From Gordius albopunctatus (lineage: Eukaryota), in assembly GCA_964276515.1 (NCBI GenBank), contig OZ193909.1, positions 5,518,001 to 5,582,000 of the forward strand: a stretch of DNA of 64,000 nt, written 5' to 3'. Both the position numbers and the translations under genes were made by a program. Each line of letters begins with the position of its first letter. The first letter of the stretch is position 1. Below, in pieces: positions 52,021 to 64,000 of the stretch. The notes below the pieces were generated by a model that was given only the letters and a program-made list of their open reading frames with translations, had not been told where the DNA came from and made no database searches.

Positions 52021-53560
52021 TTTCTTTTTAAACTATTTTTATTAACATTTTTAACACAAAAATATTGATGAAAAAATTAAACAAAAAAAAATAAAAAAAT
52101 TTTACGGACCCGGGCCGGGCTTTGTATAAAATTAGCGGGCCGGATCCGGGCTTATAATTTAATATTTTGACTGGCCCGGGCCGGGCTTTTGAATTTTTTA
52201 AACAGGACCGTTGCAGGTCTCTAATACCTTCCATCGGTCTATGATTTGTTGGTTCAGAGTTACAGTGTAGCCTTCCTTGCTCTTTATGGGTTTTATGTTT
52301 ACTACATTTTTTGAGTTCATTGCCCTGGTCCTTGCAATTTTGCAGATCACTTTCCCCTTCTTTGATTTTTGACTTGGCGTTCAAATTCTCGTAGATATTT
52401 GCCTAGTCTTGACTACACAGCTGCTTTTAGCTCTCTCATAGTTCAATCTTATTTCTTCATATCTTTTGCCTGGCCATATTTTGTAAAGCTTTCCATTCAC
52501 CTTGACTAGGCTTTGGACATCTTCGTTCCACCACCACTTCTCTTTGTCTTCGTGTATACCTAGTTTGCCCTCCCCTCGAACATATTTCGCTACTTAGTGT
52601 ACCGTGTTAGCTCTATATCGTTTGCATTCTGGTGATCGTCATCTGCAACCGTTTAATTAATTGATAGTTGTAAACTTCTTACCAGCTTGATAGCCGAAAC
52701 CTTTTGTTTTTGCATTGAGTATCTTCAGATTTCGCATTCTCGTCTCGGAGATGACATAATCCATCACAATAAGTCTGTGTTGGAATAGTAACCTCACCCG
52801 GTATAACTTTACAATTGCGTACTTTTTTTTCTCTATAGAGAAAGTCGATCTGCAAAAACCCACTTTTGTACGTTATTAGGTGATTTGCATTCTTTGTGAA
52901 GGAAAATTTTGTGATGACTAAATAAAATGCTACAGCTATTTTAATTATTTAGTCGCCTCTATCGTTTCTCGACTCTTATTCATTTCCACCATGGTACCGT
53001 TACAATTATTCTCTTTTTTTTGCCGTACGTATCAACTTAAATTATAATTATCTCGTATATAGGTATCGCACGAATCGTTTTATCTATTTTTTTCAGATAA
53101 AAATTCTTTTCTTCATAACCGTGTACTACATTTATCATTGGACCTTCTATGCAAAGTTTCAACTTCATAAGTCGGTCACTTTTTCTTTGTAATTTAATGA
53201 CTAACATGATTACCACGAAATTTCTATGCGTTTATAAGCAAGCCATTGAAGTAAAGTTTGTAACACGCATCTATCATCCTTGCTTTTGCTCCCTTCCACT
53301 TAGTTTCTTATATGCAGTGTATATCAACATTGCATAGGGTGTCAATAACTTATTTAAATTTTGCAGTCATCGTTGCAACACTTAGCGACGTAACGCTCGT
53401 TGACTTTTCACATGATATGGGCACCTAACATACTCATCATTTATAAAGGTCACCCTAGGGATTTCATTATTGTGTACATTCATATAGAAGATTTGGATGA
53501 GAGATGACTCTATGCTATCCAGGCCTGATAGCCGTGAGAGATGTTTTAAATCTTTTAAAA

Positions 53561-53632
53561 AAGAAGAGGGGTTTGAACCCGCGATTTTTCGTTTTAAAAA
53601 CAAAGCCTGTACCCATTAAGGCACCACACCCC
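53561..53632 (-). other. Degenerate tRNA-like / SINE head
   Basis: A-box-like TGGTGCCTTAATGG and B-box GGTTCAAACCC at tRNA-like spacing; acceptor and anticodon stems are poor. Confidence 0.5.
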
Positions 53633-54779
53633 TATCAAATTACCTTGATATATGTATAAAATTTTTGCGTCTCATGATATTTAAGTTAATTAGAATATCT
53701 TAGGCCTTTCCGATTATCCATTAACTAAATTCCCTAATTATTTCTTAAAACAACATAAATATTCTTCCTTCTATTTTTTTAGTTTTAACTTGAATTCTTG
53801 AGTAGATTTGTTATTTTATGGCTTATTATATCAGGTCGAATTTTGTGTCACCGGGGATATAGATTATTAATTATAAGTGAAAATTAAGGATTAAAAGGGA
53901 AGCAAAAAGTATAATGGCTGTGAAGTATTTAAGTCTTAAACATGGAACCCTATAAATAAATAAATAATTTTATTCGGTTTATCAAGTCTTACTAAAAACA
54001 TTATATGCTCGTCTTCAAAAAAGGCTAACTCTTGGTCAATCTGCTAATTGATATCGATCTATAAATCATCTGTTTCACAACTTGTTGATTTATCAATATT
54101 TTACCTTATTTGTAACTTTAATATTTAGCTTTATTAAAATTGGATTTATAATATGTTTAACGTTTGTTAAATAAAGATATTTATAAATGATTCATTGTAT
54201 TAGGTCATTTAAAATTTTTATTGTTTTCATATGGTTACACTCTAATTCGATTTCCTATAAAAAACTAAGTAAGGCGCTACAATTTTTAACATTGCTGCAA
54301 GTCAACTATTTTATGTTTCAATATATTAAATTTTGTTTACTATCTGACTAAATTATTGCTTATTAATTTAAGCCCAAGAATTTTTAAGAGCTAAAACTAT
54401 TCTTTAGAAGTATTTATCGATTTTATACCTTTAACAATTATTTACTATAAGTCTAAATTGATGTCATTAAATACATTTTATTCAAGACCTAGAAAGAACT
54501 TCTTGTTGCCTATTTATTGAATAATTTATTCACTAGCCTTTAGGAAAACTAGTCTTTTATCTAATTATATTAACAATATTTGTTATCATAATTTGCATAT
54601 ATTTATTATACTAACTTTAACACCAAAAAATATTTCTAAATCAGCTCGAATAGAAGGTGGCACTAACGACTGACTTAGTTCCAATGATTATTAAAAGATC
54701 GTCAAAAACATAAAAAGCGTGGCGGTTGTTAGTTTAATTGAGTGTAAATTGTTCACCATAAAAACCTATTTGTAAAAAT

Positions 54780-55205
54780 AAATTCGGGCCTTCGGCTCTC
54801 GTGGTAAGGGGAAGGGGGCAATGGGAGTAGGGGAAGGGAAGGGAGGAATGGGAGTAGGCATAAGCCTTTGGAGGGGAACAGGGAACCATATCAATAGAGG
54901 CATAGGCCCTTGTAGGGGAGGGCATAGGGTAATTATCAATGTTAAACTATTCAAAAACGAAAAATTAAAAATTTCGATTTATTTGGCCAGTGGTCATTTT
55001 TTTCATTGGTCAGTAACCTGCGGACGGTCAAAAAGTCATATTATCAATGGTATTAACAAGAACAAAATATTAATTTAATTTAAAAAAAATAAAAATATTT
55101 GTACTCTCCGGGTCTATCCCAAACCTGCAAGTCGGGAAGCTGGTGTAAATAAATTGGTGGACGACGGACAACAAAAAACGAGCCCATAAATTGCATAGCA
55201 ATTAA
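54780..55205 (-). repeat. Uninterrupted copy of the 11.35-16.0 kb repeat family
   Basis: Same terminus (ttgctatgcaatttatgggctc), internal unit and 3' gccgaaggc hairpin, in reverse orientation. Confidence 0.75.
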
Positions 55206-55409
55206 TATATGCATAAATTGTGAAGATCATATGGTTAAAGTCTAACATATATTTATTATTTATTTAAACATCTAATGGACGAAATATAGAGTAAAATTAC
55301 AACTATGTTAAGTAAGGAGATAATTTATTAAGGCTTACCTTAATAACTTATCAATTGCCATATATTATTTATTAAAATTATAAAACCTTAGTCTATAAAA
55401 AGAATGCAT

Positions 55410-55760
55410 TAGAGACCTGCACGGCCCGGCCCGCGGGCTGAGCTTGAACGGGCTTCTGCTTAAAAAAAACCACAGCCCGGGCCTGGACAGACCGTTATAT
55501 AACTTAACGGGCCCGGGCCGGGCCTAGATATATCTAAAGCCCGTTAAAAACCCGTTATAAAATCAATTAGATTTAGTATAAAAGAAGGTTTTTTTATAAT
55601 GTTCTAATTTATAATTATTTTATGTATATTAAATTAACAAAGAAAGTTAAATATTATTTCCATCCTAGTTCATTAATTCATCAATATCTCAACCCGCATT
55701 ACAAATGTTAAAGATAATTTATACACGTGATCCAATAGGCGGAGCTAATTTAAATTAGAT
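55410..55760 (+). mobile_element. Left arm of the TAGAGACCTGCA hAT-like element
   Basis: Matches 49409-49760; interrupted by the RTE 3' end. Confidence 0.8.
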
Positions 55761-58700
55761 TTTTTCCTATATCTGTTTGTCACATTTAGTGGTCAGCTCC
55801 TTCAAGTAGGTTCTCCATGTATTCCTGCACTTACATCAGCTTCGATTTAGCTCGTACCTTCTCAAGTCCATATCTATTTTATGCTTCCATGTCAGTTTAG
55901 GTCTCCCTCTCTTTCGCTTACCCTCGACTTGCACTTTCTTGATACGATTTGCCAAGTGACTTTCCTCCCGTCTCTCCAAATGGCCATATCATCCCTATCT
56001 TCTTACCACCAACTTTCTCTGAATTGGAACTACATTTAGTTTATCCCTTATGTCTTGATTCCTTATATGGTCCTTTTTGCCTATTCCCAAGATCCATCTT
56101 AACATTCGCATCTCCATTGTAGCCAAGCTTTGCTCCTCTTTTGCCCTAATTGCCAAGGTTTCCGCTCCATACAATACCGTGGGTACAATAACGGTGCAAT
56201 ATAACCGTCCTTTCAATTTGAGTGATATGTGCTTGTCACATAGGACACCACTCAACTCCCTGGAATTTAGCCAGCTTGCGTTTATTCTTGCCTTGATTTC
56301 GTTTTCCACACGTCCATCACATTGTACCCTAGTCCTTCCTGCTGCTTAAACACTAGTCATTGATTTGCAGGTGTGTTTTTTTGTATTCATTCCCCGACTC
56401 CAAGCATACATATTCAGTTTTATCTCGGTTAACCCTAAGGCCTTTGCTTTCAATTCGTTTCATCCACACTTTTACCTGCTCTGCTAATTCCAGGTTTGAG
56501 CCTGCGCACAGGACGATATAATCCGCAAAGAGCATTGCCCAAGGTGATTCGCGTTTCAGGTCCTTCGTTATCGAATCAATTATTGTTATGAAGAGCAATG
56601 GACTTAGTGCCAATCCTTGAAGCACACCGACATTTAGACTGAATCCCTTTGATGTACCACTGGATGTCCGAACTTTAGATTTTGCGTTTCTATACATATC
56701 CTTTATTAACATTATATAAGCGTCGGGTACACCATTGGAACTCAGGCTATCCCATATCAACTGCCTTGGCACTTTATCGAAAGCTTTCTCAAGATCGATG
56801 AAACACATATGAAGATCCTTTTGTTTTTCCTTATATAATTCCATAAGTCTCCTAACACCATGTGTTGCATCTGAAGTCGACTTTCTAGGCATGAACCCAA
56901 ATTGTCGTTCATCTATTGATTTTATTTTTCGGAGTCTAGCTTCTATAACCTTTTCCCACACCTTCATTACGTGACTCGTTAACTTTATCCCTCGATAGTT
57001 GTTGCATTCTTGTAAATCTCCCTTCAATTAATAGATAGGTATAACATAGCTTTCCCTCCACTCATCAGGCATCATACCACTTGGAAGTATTTTGTTAAAC
57101 AGCTTTGCAAGTAGATGTACACCTAAGGGTCCTAGCATTTTAAAAGCTTCCATAGGTATATTATCAGGTCCCACCGCTCTACCCATGGTCATCTTTTTAA
57201 GCACCTGGTCAACCTCTTTCTCTGTCACTTCTAACTCTGGGTCATATTCATAGGTCTTGTTTTCGCAGTGGTCCGAAAACACATTTTCACGGTTTAATAA
57301 TTCTTTATAGTATTCTTCCCAACGATCTATGATTTGATGGTCCAGAGTTAGACTGATGCTTTCCTTGCTCTTTATAGATTTCACGTTTACCACATCCTTT
57401 GAGTTCCTTGCTTTGGTCTTTGAGATTTTGTAGAACATTCTTTCTCCTTCTTTACTGGTTAACTTGGCATTCAAATTTTCGTAGACCTCTGTTTTAGCCT
57501 TGACTACACAACGTTTTGCCTCGTTTTTAGCTTTCGCATATGCCAATCGTGTTTCTTCATTTCTGTTGCCTGACCATAATTTGTAAAGCTTTATTTTCAA
57601 CTTGACCAGGCGTTGCACTTCTTCGTTCCACCACCATGTCTCCTTATCTTTTTGTATACCTGGTTTACCTTCTCCTAGAAAACATATTGCTGCTGATCGT
57701 ACCGTGTTAGCTATGTTATTCCACATATTGTTAGCATTCTGCTGATCATCTATTTGCAGCCTTTTGGTAGTCGGAACCATTTAATTTTCCCATTAAATCT
57801 CTTTGGCTTTTGTGTTTTACCCTTGGAGATGGTATAGTTTATCACAAAAAGTCTATGCTGGGCTGCAATGGCTTCACCTGATATCACCTTACAATCTCGT
57901 ACATTCTTTAATTCCTTTCTTGATATTAGGAGGAAGTCAATCTGCGAAGATCAATTTCCACTTTTGTACGTTATTAGGTGATTTACATTCTTTATGAAGA
58001 AGCTATTTGTGATGCAGCTATTTTCAATATTTCGTCGCCTACATCGTTTCTCGCTCCGTATCCATTTCCACCATGCTACCGTTCAAATCCTTCCCTTGTT
58101 TTGCCTAAGTGACCATTCATATCCGCTCCAATTATAACTATCTCAGCTCTGGGTATCATTCGCAGCGTTTCGTCTAATTCTTCCCGAAAGTCCTCCTTTT
58201 CTTCATCTGTGCATCCTCTTTGCGGAGCATATCCGGAAACTACAATCATCATTTGACCTTCTATGCATAGTTTCAACATCATGAGTCGCCCACTTTTTCT
58301 TTGTACCTCAATGACTTTATCTTGCAGATAGGAAGCTAATATGATTGCCACGCCATTTTTATTCGTTTCTAGGCCATTGAAGTAAAGTTTATAGCCTTCA
58401 CCTATCATCCTTGTTTTTGCGCCTTTCCATCTTGTTTTCTGTATACACGCTATATCGACCCGTCGCTTGCTGAGGGTGTCAGCAACTTCTCGGCATTTTG
58501 CAGTCATTGTTACAACATTTAGCGAGCCCACTCTCAATCTCGTCCTTAGTAAACTAGTTTCTTTAACTACATCCGTTTGCGGAAGATGTAGTGACCCTCG
58601 TTGACTTTTCACATGATACGGGCGCCTACCATGCGTGTCGTTTACGGAGGACGCCCTAGCGCTTTCATTATTACGAACTTTCGTAGTATACATTTTGGTT

Positions 58701-58770
58701 TATATGGAATGTATGGAATGAGGGAGTATTGATATCCCGGCCTTCCAAGCCTGACGGAACTATGTTAGAT
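55760..58770 (-). mobile_element. RTE-clade LINE, near full length, with stops and frameshifts
   Basis: APE endonuclease 58076-58693 (GSLNV..M, IQ.TRW, NGVAI, YAP, GADMNGH). RT 56353-57780 (GPDNIP, NYRGIKL, QFGF, FIDLEKAFD, GV.QG.ALSP, LFAD[Y]). C-terminal region 55995-56309. Confidence 0.93.
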
Positions 58771-59189
58771 TTTGGCGCTCGACTACCTACTATTCTTTAT
58801 GATGCCGTCATTTTGGTGAATTAAAATTTTCTTTAGACTACTCGTATTCATAGGCTTAATCTAGCACTTCCATTTCACTAGTACTCCCTTAAAAAGCCCA
58901 GAAATTTTAGTCTGACCCTTCACCAAGAACCTTGCCAATAGGGCCCGCTTTTTTATAATTTGTTGTTTTTAGTCTAAATTTGTAGAAACATTTATAATAA
59001 AAAATACAAATACACGTACAAATTAATAATTAATATTTTCGTTATTTAAAAATTGATCAATATATTGTTTTACATGGTTAAAATAATGCTGAAAATCTTC
59101 AGCACTAATCTAAAAATATTATATGTATATTGTATTATATGTGAAATTACCTCGAAAATCCCTTTCATTCTACCGTCCACCTTTTACGA

Positions 59190-59900
59190 TAAATTCACTT
59201 TACTAAAAACCTCTTCTATAGGATCATAAGGCTTTATGACCAAATGCCTATAAAGTATCTTTCACGATTTGTGAATGATGGTGGCACATTATCCATTATA
59301 ATTATACAACTATGAATATTTTTTGTGACTAACTTTTCGAATAACTCAATTGAAAATTCATACAATTTTAAGCTGTTATAAGCTCCGTTTATAATAAGGG
59401 CTTTTACCTTTTTTGTTGCCCTCTCTTTACTTATGGTTCTTCCGTATATAGATGTCGTTAAAATATCAAATTTCGTTTCGTTCATAAATAAAAATTTTAA
59501 ATTCAGGGCTCAAAAATAGCAAACATCCGGCATTAATTATTCGTTCAATAAAAACATCATCATCATTACGCCTTTCTGAAATGTTGACATACGTTGAAAA
59601 TTTAAATGAAATTAAACCTTTAATTTCCGGGCAATTGTACCCAAACAAACTTCGACATTGTATTTATCCTTCAATTTGTTCTATAAATCTTTGGGGGAAA
59701 GCGAACAATGTTGGTCTATTTCAACAAGGATAAAATTTGTATGTTCTAAGACCAATTTTTTTGTTTACAAATACATTTTTTAGGATAATCTCTACCTTCT
59801 TTAACAATTTTAACAGCTGGCATTGATTGAAAGCGGGGTAAACGTTTAACATATGATTTTTAATCTTGGCTCAGCTTTATTGCCAATTTTAAAGTCTTAA
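59190..59900 (-). pseudogene. Tc1/IS630-like DDE transposase remnant
   Basis: Degenerate [D]ET.F..YGR..G.RA, IIMDNV and DPIEEVF motifs across frameshifts. Confidence 0.6.
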
Positions 59901-61259
59901 TATTTTTTGAAAAATGCTCTTGATAAAGTTAAATATTTAAACATATACGTTTAGTCTGAAATCGTAGTTTTCCTGATCGCAGTTGCCGACTGTTCCTAGA
60001 ATGCATGCTATTCAAACATTTAACTGAATTAACAAGTTAATGAATTAATTGAACTTTTGTTAGACAACACTAGGTGAAACTAGGATCAGCTGTCCCACTT
60101 TATCCAAATATTTTATATCCAACAAAAATGCTTAACCCAATTAGATTGACTATGCCTAGGAGGTTGGTAAATAGTATAGTCATTGCATGACCAAAATATT
60201 GTCTCTTTTCAAACAAGTCAAGTCGATCTATTGAAATTTTCAAGCCTTTTTTAATGGAACAATCAGATTTTGTCGCGTTTGATATATGCTGTAAAGACTG
60301 GTAAAAACATTGTCAATAGGAAATTTAATCGATTACAAATAAATTTTTTGACACCTTAATTGCTTACTTGCTTCAATAGTAATATAATTTAAGTGATTTT
60401 ACAACATAGATATCAATAAAGATCCAATTTAAAACAAGTATTTGCTGCGATTTTCCCAAAGAGTGGATTTATAATTTAATTGGACCAAATAGACTTGTGA
60501 ACCTCATGAAAATTTGATTCGTTTAATTTTTGAAATATAAAAAATATTACACTGAACCTTTTTTTGATGTTCAAAATTATTCTTTAGTTAGATTAAACTA
60601 AATTTTTAAATCAAATCATAAGGTTCATTTGTTTACCTATTTTTCCAAGCATATCATAAAAAATAAATTAACAACATTCTGTTATCGATTTTAAGGCCAT
60701 AAAATTTTATAGCTCCATTAACCAAGTCTCGTCATTTGGCGTAAAATACATGTTTCAATCTTAATTACCTGCTCTGTTAGCCAATCTATACTATAGTGTT
60801 GTAAAAAACCAAGGGTTTCCATTGGTCGCCTGCAAGCGTTGGCGTTTTTTTCCACCCAGCCTTTTCAGTGTTAGGTGAATTTTCTTGGGAGGGCTTTGTC
60901 GTTTTCGTAAAAAACACCCAAAGCGTTTTGGGTGAATTTTTGTGGGCCACCTTTGGCATTAAGCTTTGTTTGGGTGGATTAAACACCTAAAGGGTTTGGG
61001 TGGATAATATATTTAACCTTTTGGTTTGGTCTTCTCGGTCGTTTTGGGTTGGGCATGCAAATATATCAATTTGTTTGTATTGTTATCATATTTGCTGTAT
61101 TTAGATTTAGGTAATGAACTTTTAATTTAAGAGAATAAAAATAGATGTATCATGACGTCACTGAGTTAAAGCTTTTCCCATTGTGACGTCATAATGAAAA
61201 GTATTATAATCTAATCTCTAGTAAATTATTATGCATTATAGAATATGTTTTATTTATGA

Positions 61260-62580
61260 ATTTTTTTTATTTTTTACCCTCTTTCTCACCTGGGGAGGAA
61301 CGGCGGGCAGGTGGGGTGTTTGCCCCCCCTCTCATTTTTTACCCTCTTTCTGATGCGGGGGAGAGGGGGGGGCAGGTGGGGTGTTTTGTCCGCCCCCCTA
61401 ATTTTTTAACCTCTTTCTCACCAGAGGGGAGAAGGGGGGGCATGGAGGGTGTTTCCCCCCCCCCTAATTTTTTACCCTCATCCTGATGCGGGAGAAGAGG
61501 AAGGGGGCAGGTGGGGTGTTTTGCCCCCCCCCCTAATTTTTTACCCTCTTTCTGATGCGGGAGAAGAGGAAGGGGGCAGGTGGGTTGTTTTGCCCCCCTA
61601 ATTTTTTACCCTTTTTCAGATGCGGGGGAAGAGGGGGGGGGCATGGGGGGTGTTTTGCCCCCCCCCCTTATTTTTTACCCTATTTCTGATGCGGAGGGAG
61701 AGGGGGGGGGACAGGGCTAATTTTTTATCCTCTTTCTGATGCGAGGGAAGAGGGGGGGGGGAATGAGGGTTGTTTTGCCCCCCCCCCTAATTTTTTATCC
61801 TCTTTCTAACTAGAGTGGGGAGGGGGGGCAGGTGGGGTGTTTTGCCCCCCCCCTATTTTTTACCCTCTTTCTAACTAGAGTGGGGAGGGGCAGGAGGGTG
61901 TTTTGCCCCCCCTAATTTTTATCCCTTTTCTGATGCGGGGGGGGGGGGGCTGGGGGTGTTTTGCTCCCCCCCCTAATGTTTACTCTCTTTCTCACCCGTA
62001 GATGGGGGGGGGGGTGTGTTTTGCCCCGCCCCCCTAATTTTTTACCCTCTTTCAGATGCGGAGGAGAGGGTGGCATTCCCCCCTCCCCCAGCCTTATTTT
62101 TTACCCTCTTTCTCACCAGAGGGGAGGGGGGGGCAGGTGGGGTGTTTTGCCCCCCCCCCTATTTTTTACCCTCTTTCTAACTAGAGTGGGGAGGGGCAGG
62201 AGGGTGTTTTGCCCCCCCCCCCTAATTTTTATCCCTCTTTCTGATGCGGGGGGGGGGGGCAGGGGGGTGTTTTGCTCCCCCCCCCTAATGTTTATTCTCT
62301 TTCTCACCCGTAGATGGGGGGGGTGTGTTTTGCCCCGCCCCCCCCTAATTTTTTACCCTCTTTCTGATGCGGAGGAGAGGGGGGCATTCCCCCCCTCCCC
62401 TAGCCTTATTTTTTACCCTCTTTCTCATTCGGGTAGGAGGGTGTTTTGACCGCCCCCCCTGTATTTTTTACCCTCTTTCTGATGCGGGGGAGAGGGGGGC
62501 AGGGGGTGTTTTGCCCGCCCCCTTATTTTTCACCGTCTTTTTTACCCGGGGAGGGGGGTAGGTAATTTGGCCCCTGCCCC
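61260..62580 (+). repeat. G/C-run minisatellite, unit about 60 bp, roughly 20 copies
   Basis: Unit ctaattttttaccctctttctgatgcggg(g)n..ggtgttttg(c)n. Confidence 0.9.
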
Positions 62581-63759
62581 TTTTTTTATCATTTTAAATG
62601 ACAATAAATAGAAAACGATTATAAAGTGAGATTTATCTATTTATTCGAGAGCAGATTTTGAATTCGATAATTCAATTCAAAATTAATATTTAAAAAATTT
62701 TTATTCTAAATTAGTGACAGCTAACAGATCCCCCTCTAAATATTCCCGGCATTTTTATTAAAATAATCAATAGCAATAATTTCGAATATATTTTGAATTC
62801 CTCGCCTCTTGTAAAACATAAAGACTTGTTAATTATATAATGTATCTTTTATTTTATATTTGTAGCATTTTAAATTAATTGTATTAATTAAATTCATATT
62901 ATTAAGCTATATTTTTAATATCAGAGAACTATCACCACCCCCATGTACTAATCCATCCTCTCTCTCTCCCTTCTCTCGTTGCAATGTGCTTGTGCAATAG
63001 CAGATTTTAACCTATCAGATTTAAGTTAAGTACTATACTAAATATATAAATCATGGCACAAAAAGGCGGCATGGTGGGGCGTGGGCTGGCTAGGCTAACG
63101 TATAACATGACTAATAAAATTGTTACGATTTCGACTCTAACTCTAGCTCTACTATGGATATGGATGAAAATGAAAGTGATGCTTTTTCTTATGTTTATGT
63201 CAAGGTCAAGTCAACTACTAATTAAGTCATAAGCAATTAGAAAATTATGTTTTTTATTAAATAATAAGCAATAATTTAAATTAAGATGCATAACTCATTT
63301 TTGTTACTCAGAAAAGTCCTATATTTTTATGATCCTTATAAGCATTGTAAACGCGACGCGAGGTCTAAGTCAACAGTACATAGAGTGTTGGTGTCTTGTG
63401 AAAGCATAGTAATTAATAGCATGATATGCTTTTTGCAAATACCTTAGGTGTTTCCATTAAATGCCCAACAGTAAAACTTACTTACCCATGATGGCAAATT
63501 TTTTTAAATTGGTAAAACTTCATATAAATATTTTTATTTAATAATACAGCTTATTTCTTAAATGAAGTTAAATTAAAAAAACTGATTTTAATTGATATGG
63601 TATATTAAGACAATTGTTGACACCAAATCTTCAAAAATATTTTTTCTAATATAAGACTATTTTCAAAAAAAATATTAACAGAAAATGTTGATTATGACAT
63701 TAGTCACCACTGTAACCGCAAAAATTCACAAAAATATTTTGAAAGGGTTAAAAAGGGCT

Positions 63760-64000
63760 TTCCGGCCCCCCCGGGTGAGAAAGAGGGTAAAAAATAAGAA
63801 GAGGGGTGAATCACCCCTCTCCCCGGCATCAGAAAGAGGGTAAAAAAGTATGTGGGGGGGGGGGAACACACTACCTCACTCCCCTGGAGAGAAAGAGGAT
63901 AAAAAATAAGGGGGGGGGGAAACACCCCACCTGCCCCCCCCTCTTCCCTCGCATCAGAAAGAGGATAAAAAATTAGCCCTGCCCCCCCTCTCCCCCCGCA
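63760..64000 (-). repeat. Inverted array of the same minisatellite, running off the window
   Basis: Units gcatcagaaagagggtaaaaaa are the reverse complement of the 61.3-62.6 kb unit. Confidence 0.85.

Larger units (their letters stand above)
49409..52223. mobile_element. hAT-like non-autonomous element (TIR TAGAGACCTGCA) enclosing element B
   Basis: tagagacctgca..tgcaggtctcta; degenerate TSD ATGCCTCC/ATACCTTC; RTE sequence resumes on both sides. Confidence 0.8.
44250..53510 (-). mobile_element. Old, near full-length RTE LINE split by nested insertions
   Basis: Segments ~44250-45290, 45630-45682, 46769-47040, 49280-49408 and 52224-53510 are collinear with the RTE at 55760-58770. Confidence 0.8.

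Noticed and set aside
53561..53632. Functional tRNA gene
   Set aside because: Acceptor and anticodon stems do not pair well; kept only as tRNA-derived.
58700..58780. HDV-like ribozyme in the RTE 5' UTR
   Set aside because: Known in some RTEs, but I could not build the nested pseudoknot by eye.
61256..62561. Pro/Gly-rich ORFs, or a CRISPR-like array
   Set aside because: The ORFs are translations of the minisatellite; the units have no unique spacers and the context is eukaryotic.

Overview
AT-rich, repeat-dense eukaryotic genomic DNA, probably from an invertebrate; I cannot identify the organism. The only host gene I can support is a 4-exon SDHD/CybS (5914-6820, +). The rest is mostly transposable elements, often nested: CRE-clade and RTE-clade LINEs, many hAT derivatives and MITEs with 8-bp TSDs, a Helitron, a Ginger-like MITE, a CAC..GTG foldback element, a Tc1/IS630 remnant and a G/C-rich minisatellite. 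The main finding is two divergent RT+RNase H elements of the DIRS/hepadnavirus-like type with no integrase, tyrosine recombinase or protease. The more complete one (11854-14607) has 111-bp terminal direct repeats 2643 bp apart, a small uORF, a core/gag-like ORF and an overlapping polymerase ORF, with a TATA box only at its 3' end. That layout resembles a copy of a terminally redundant pregenomic RNA from a roughly 2.7-2.8 kb circular pararetro-like replicon. It appears to have been inserted together with an RTE LINE 3' end. All calls are by eye; no searches or alignments were run.
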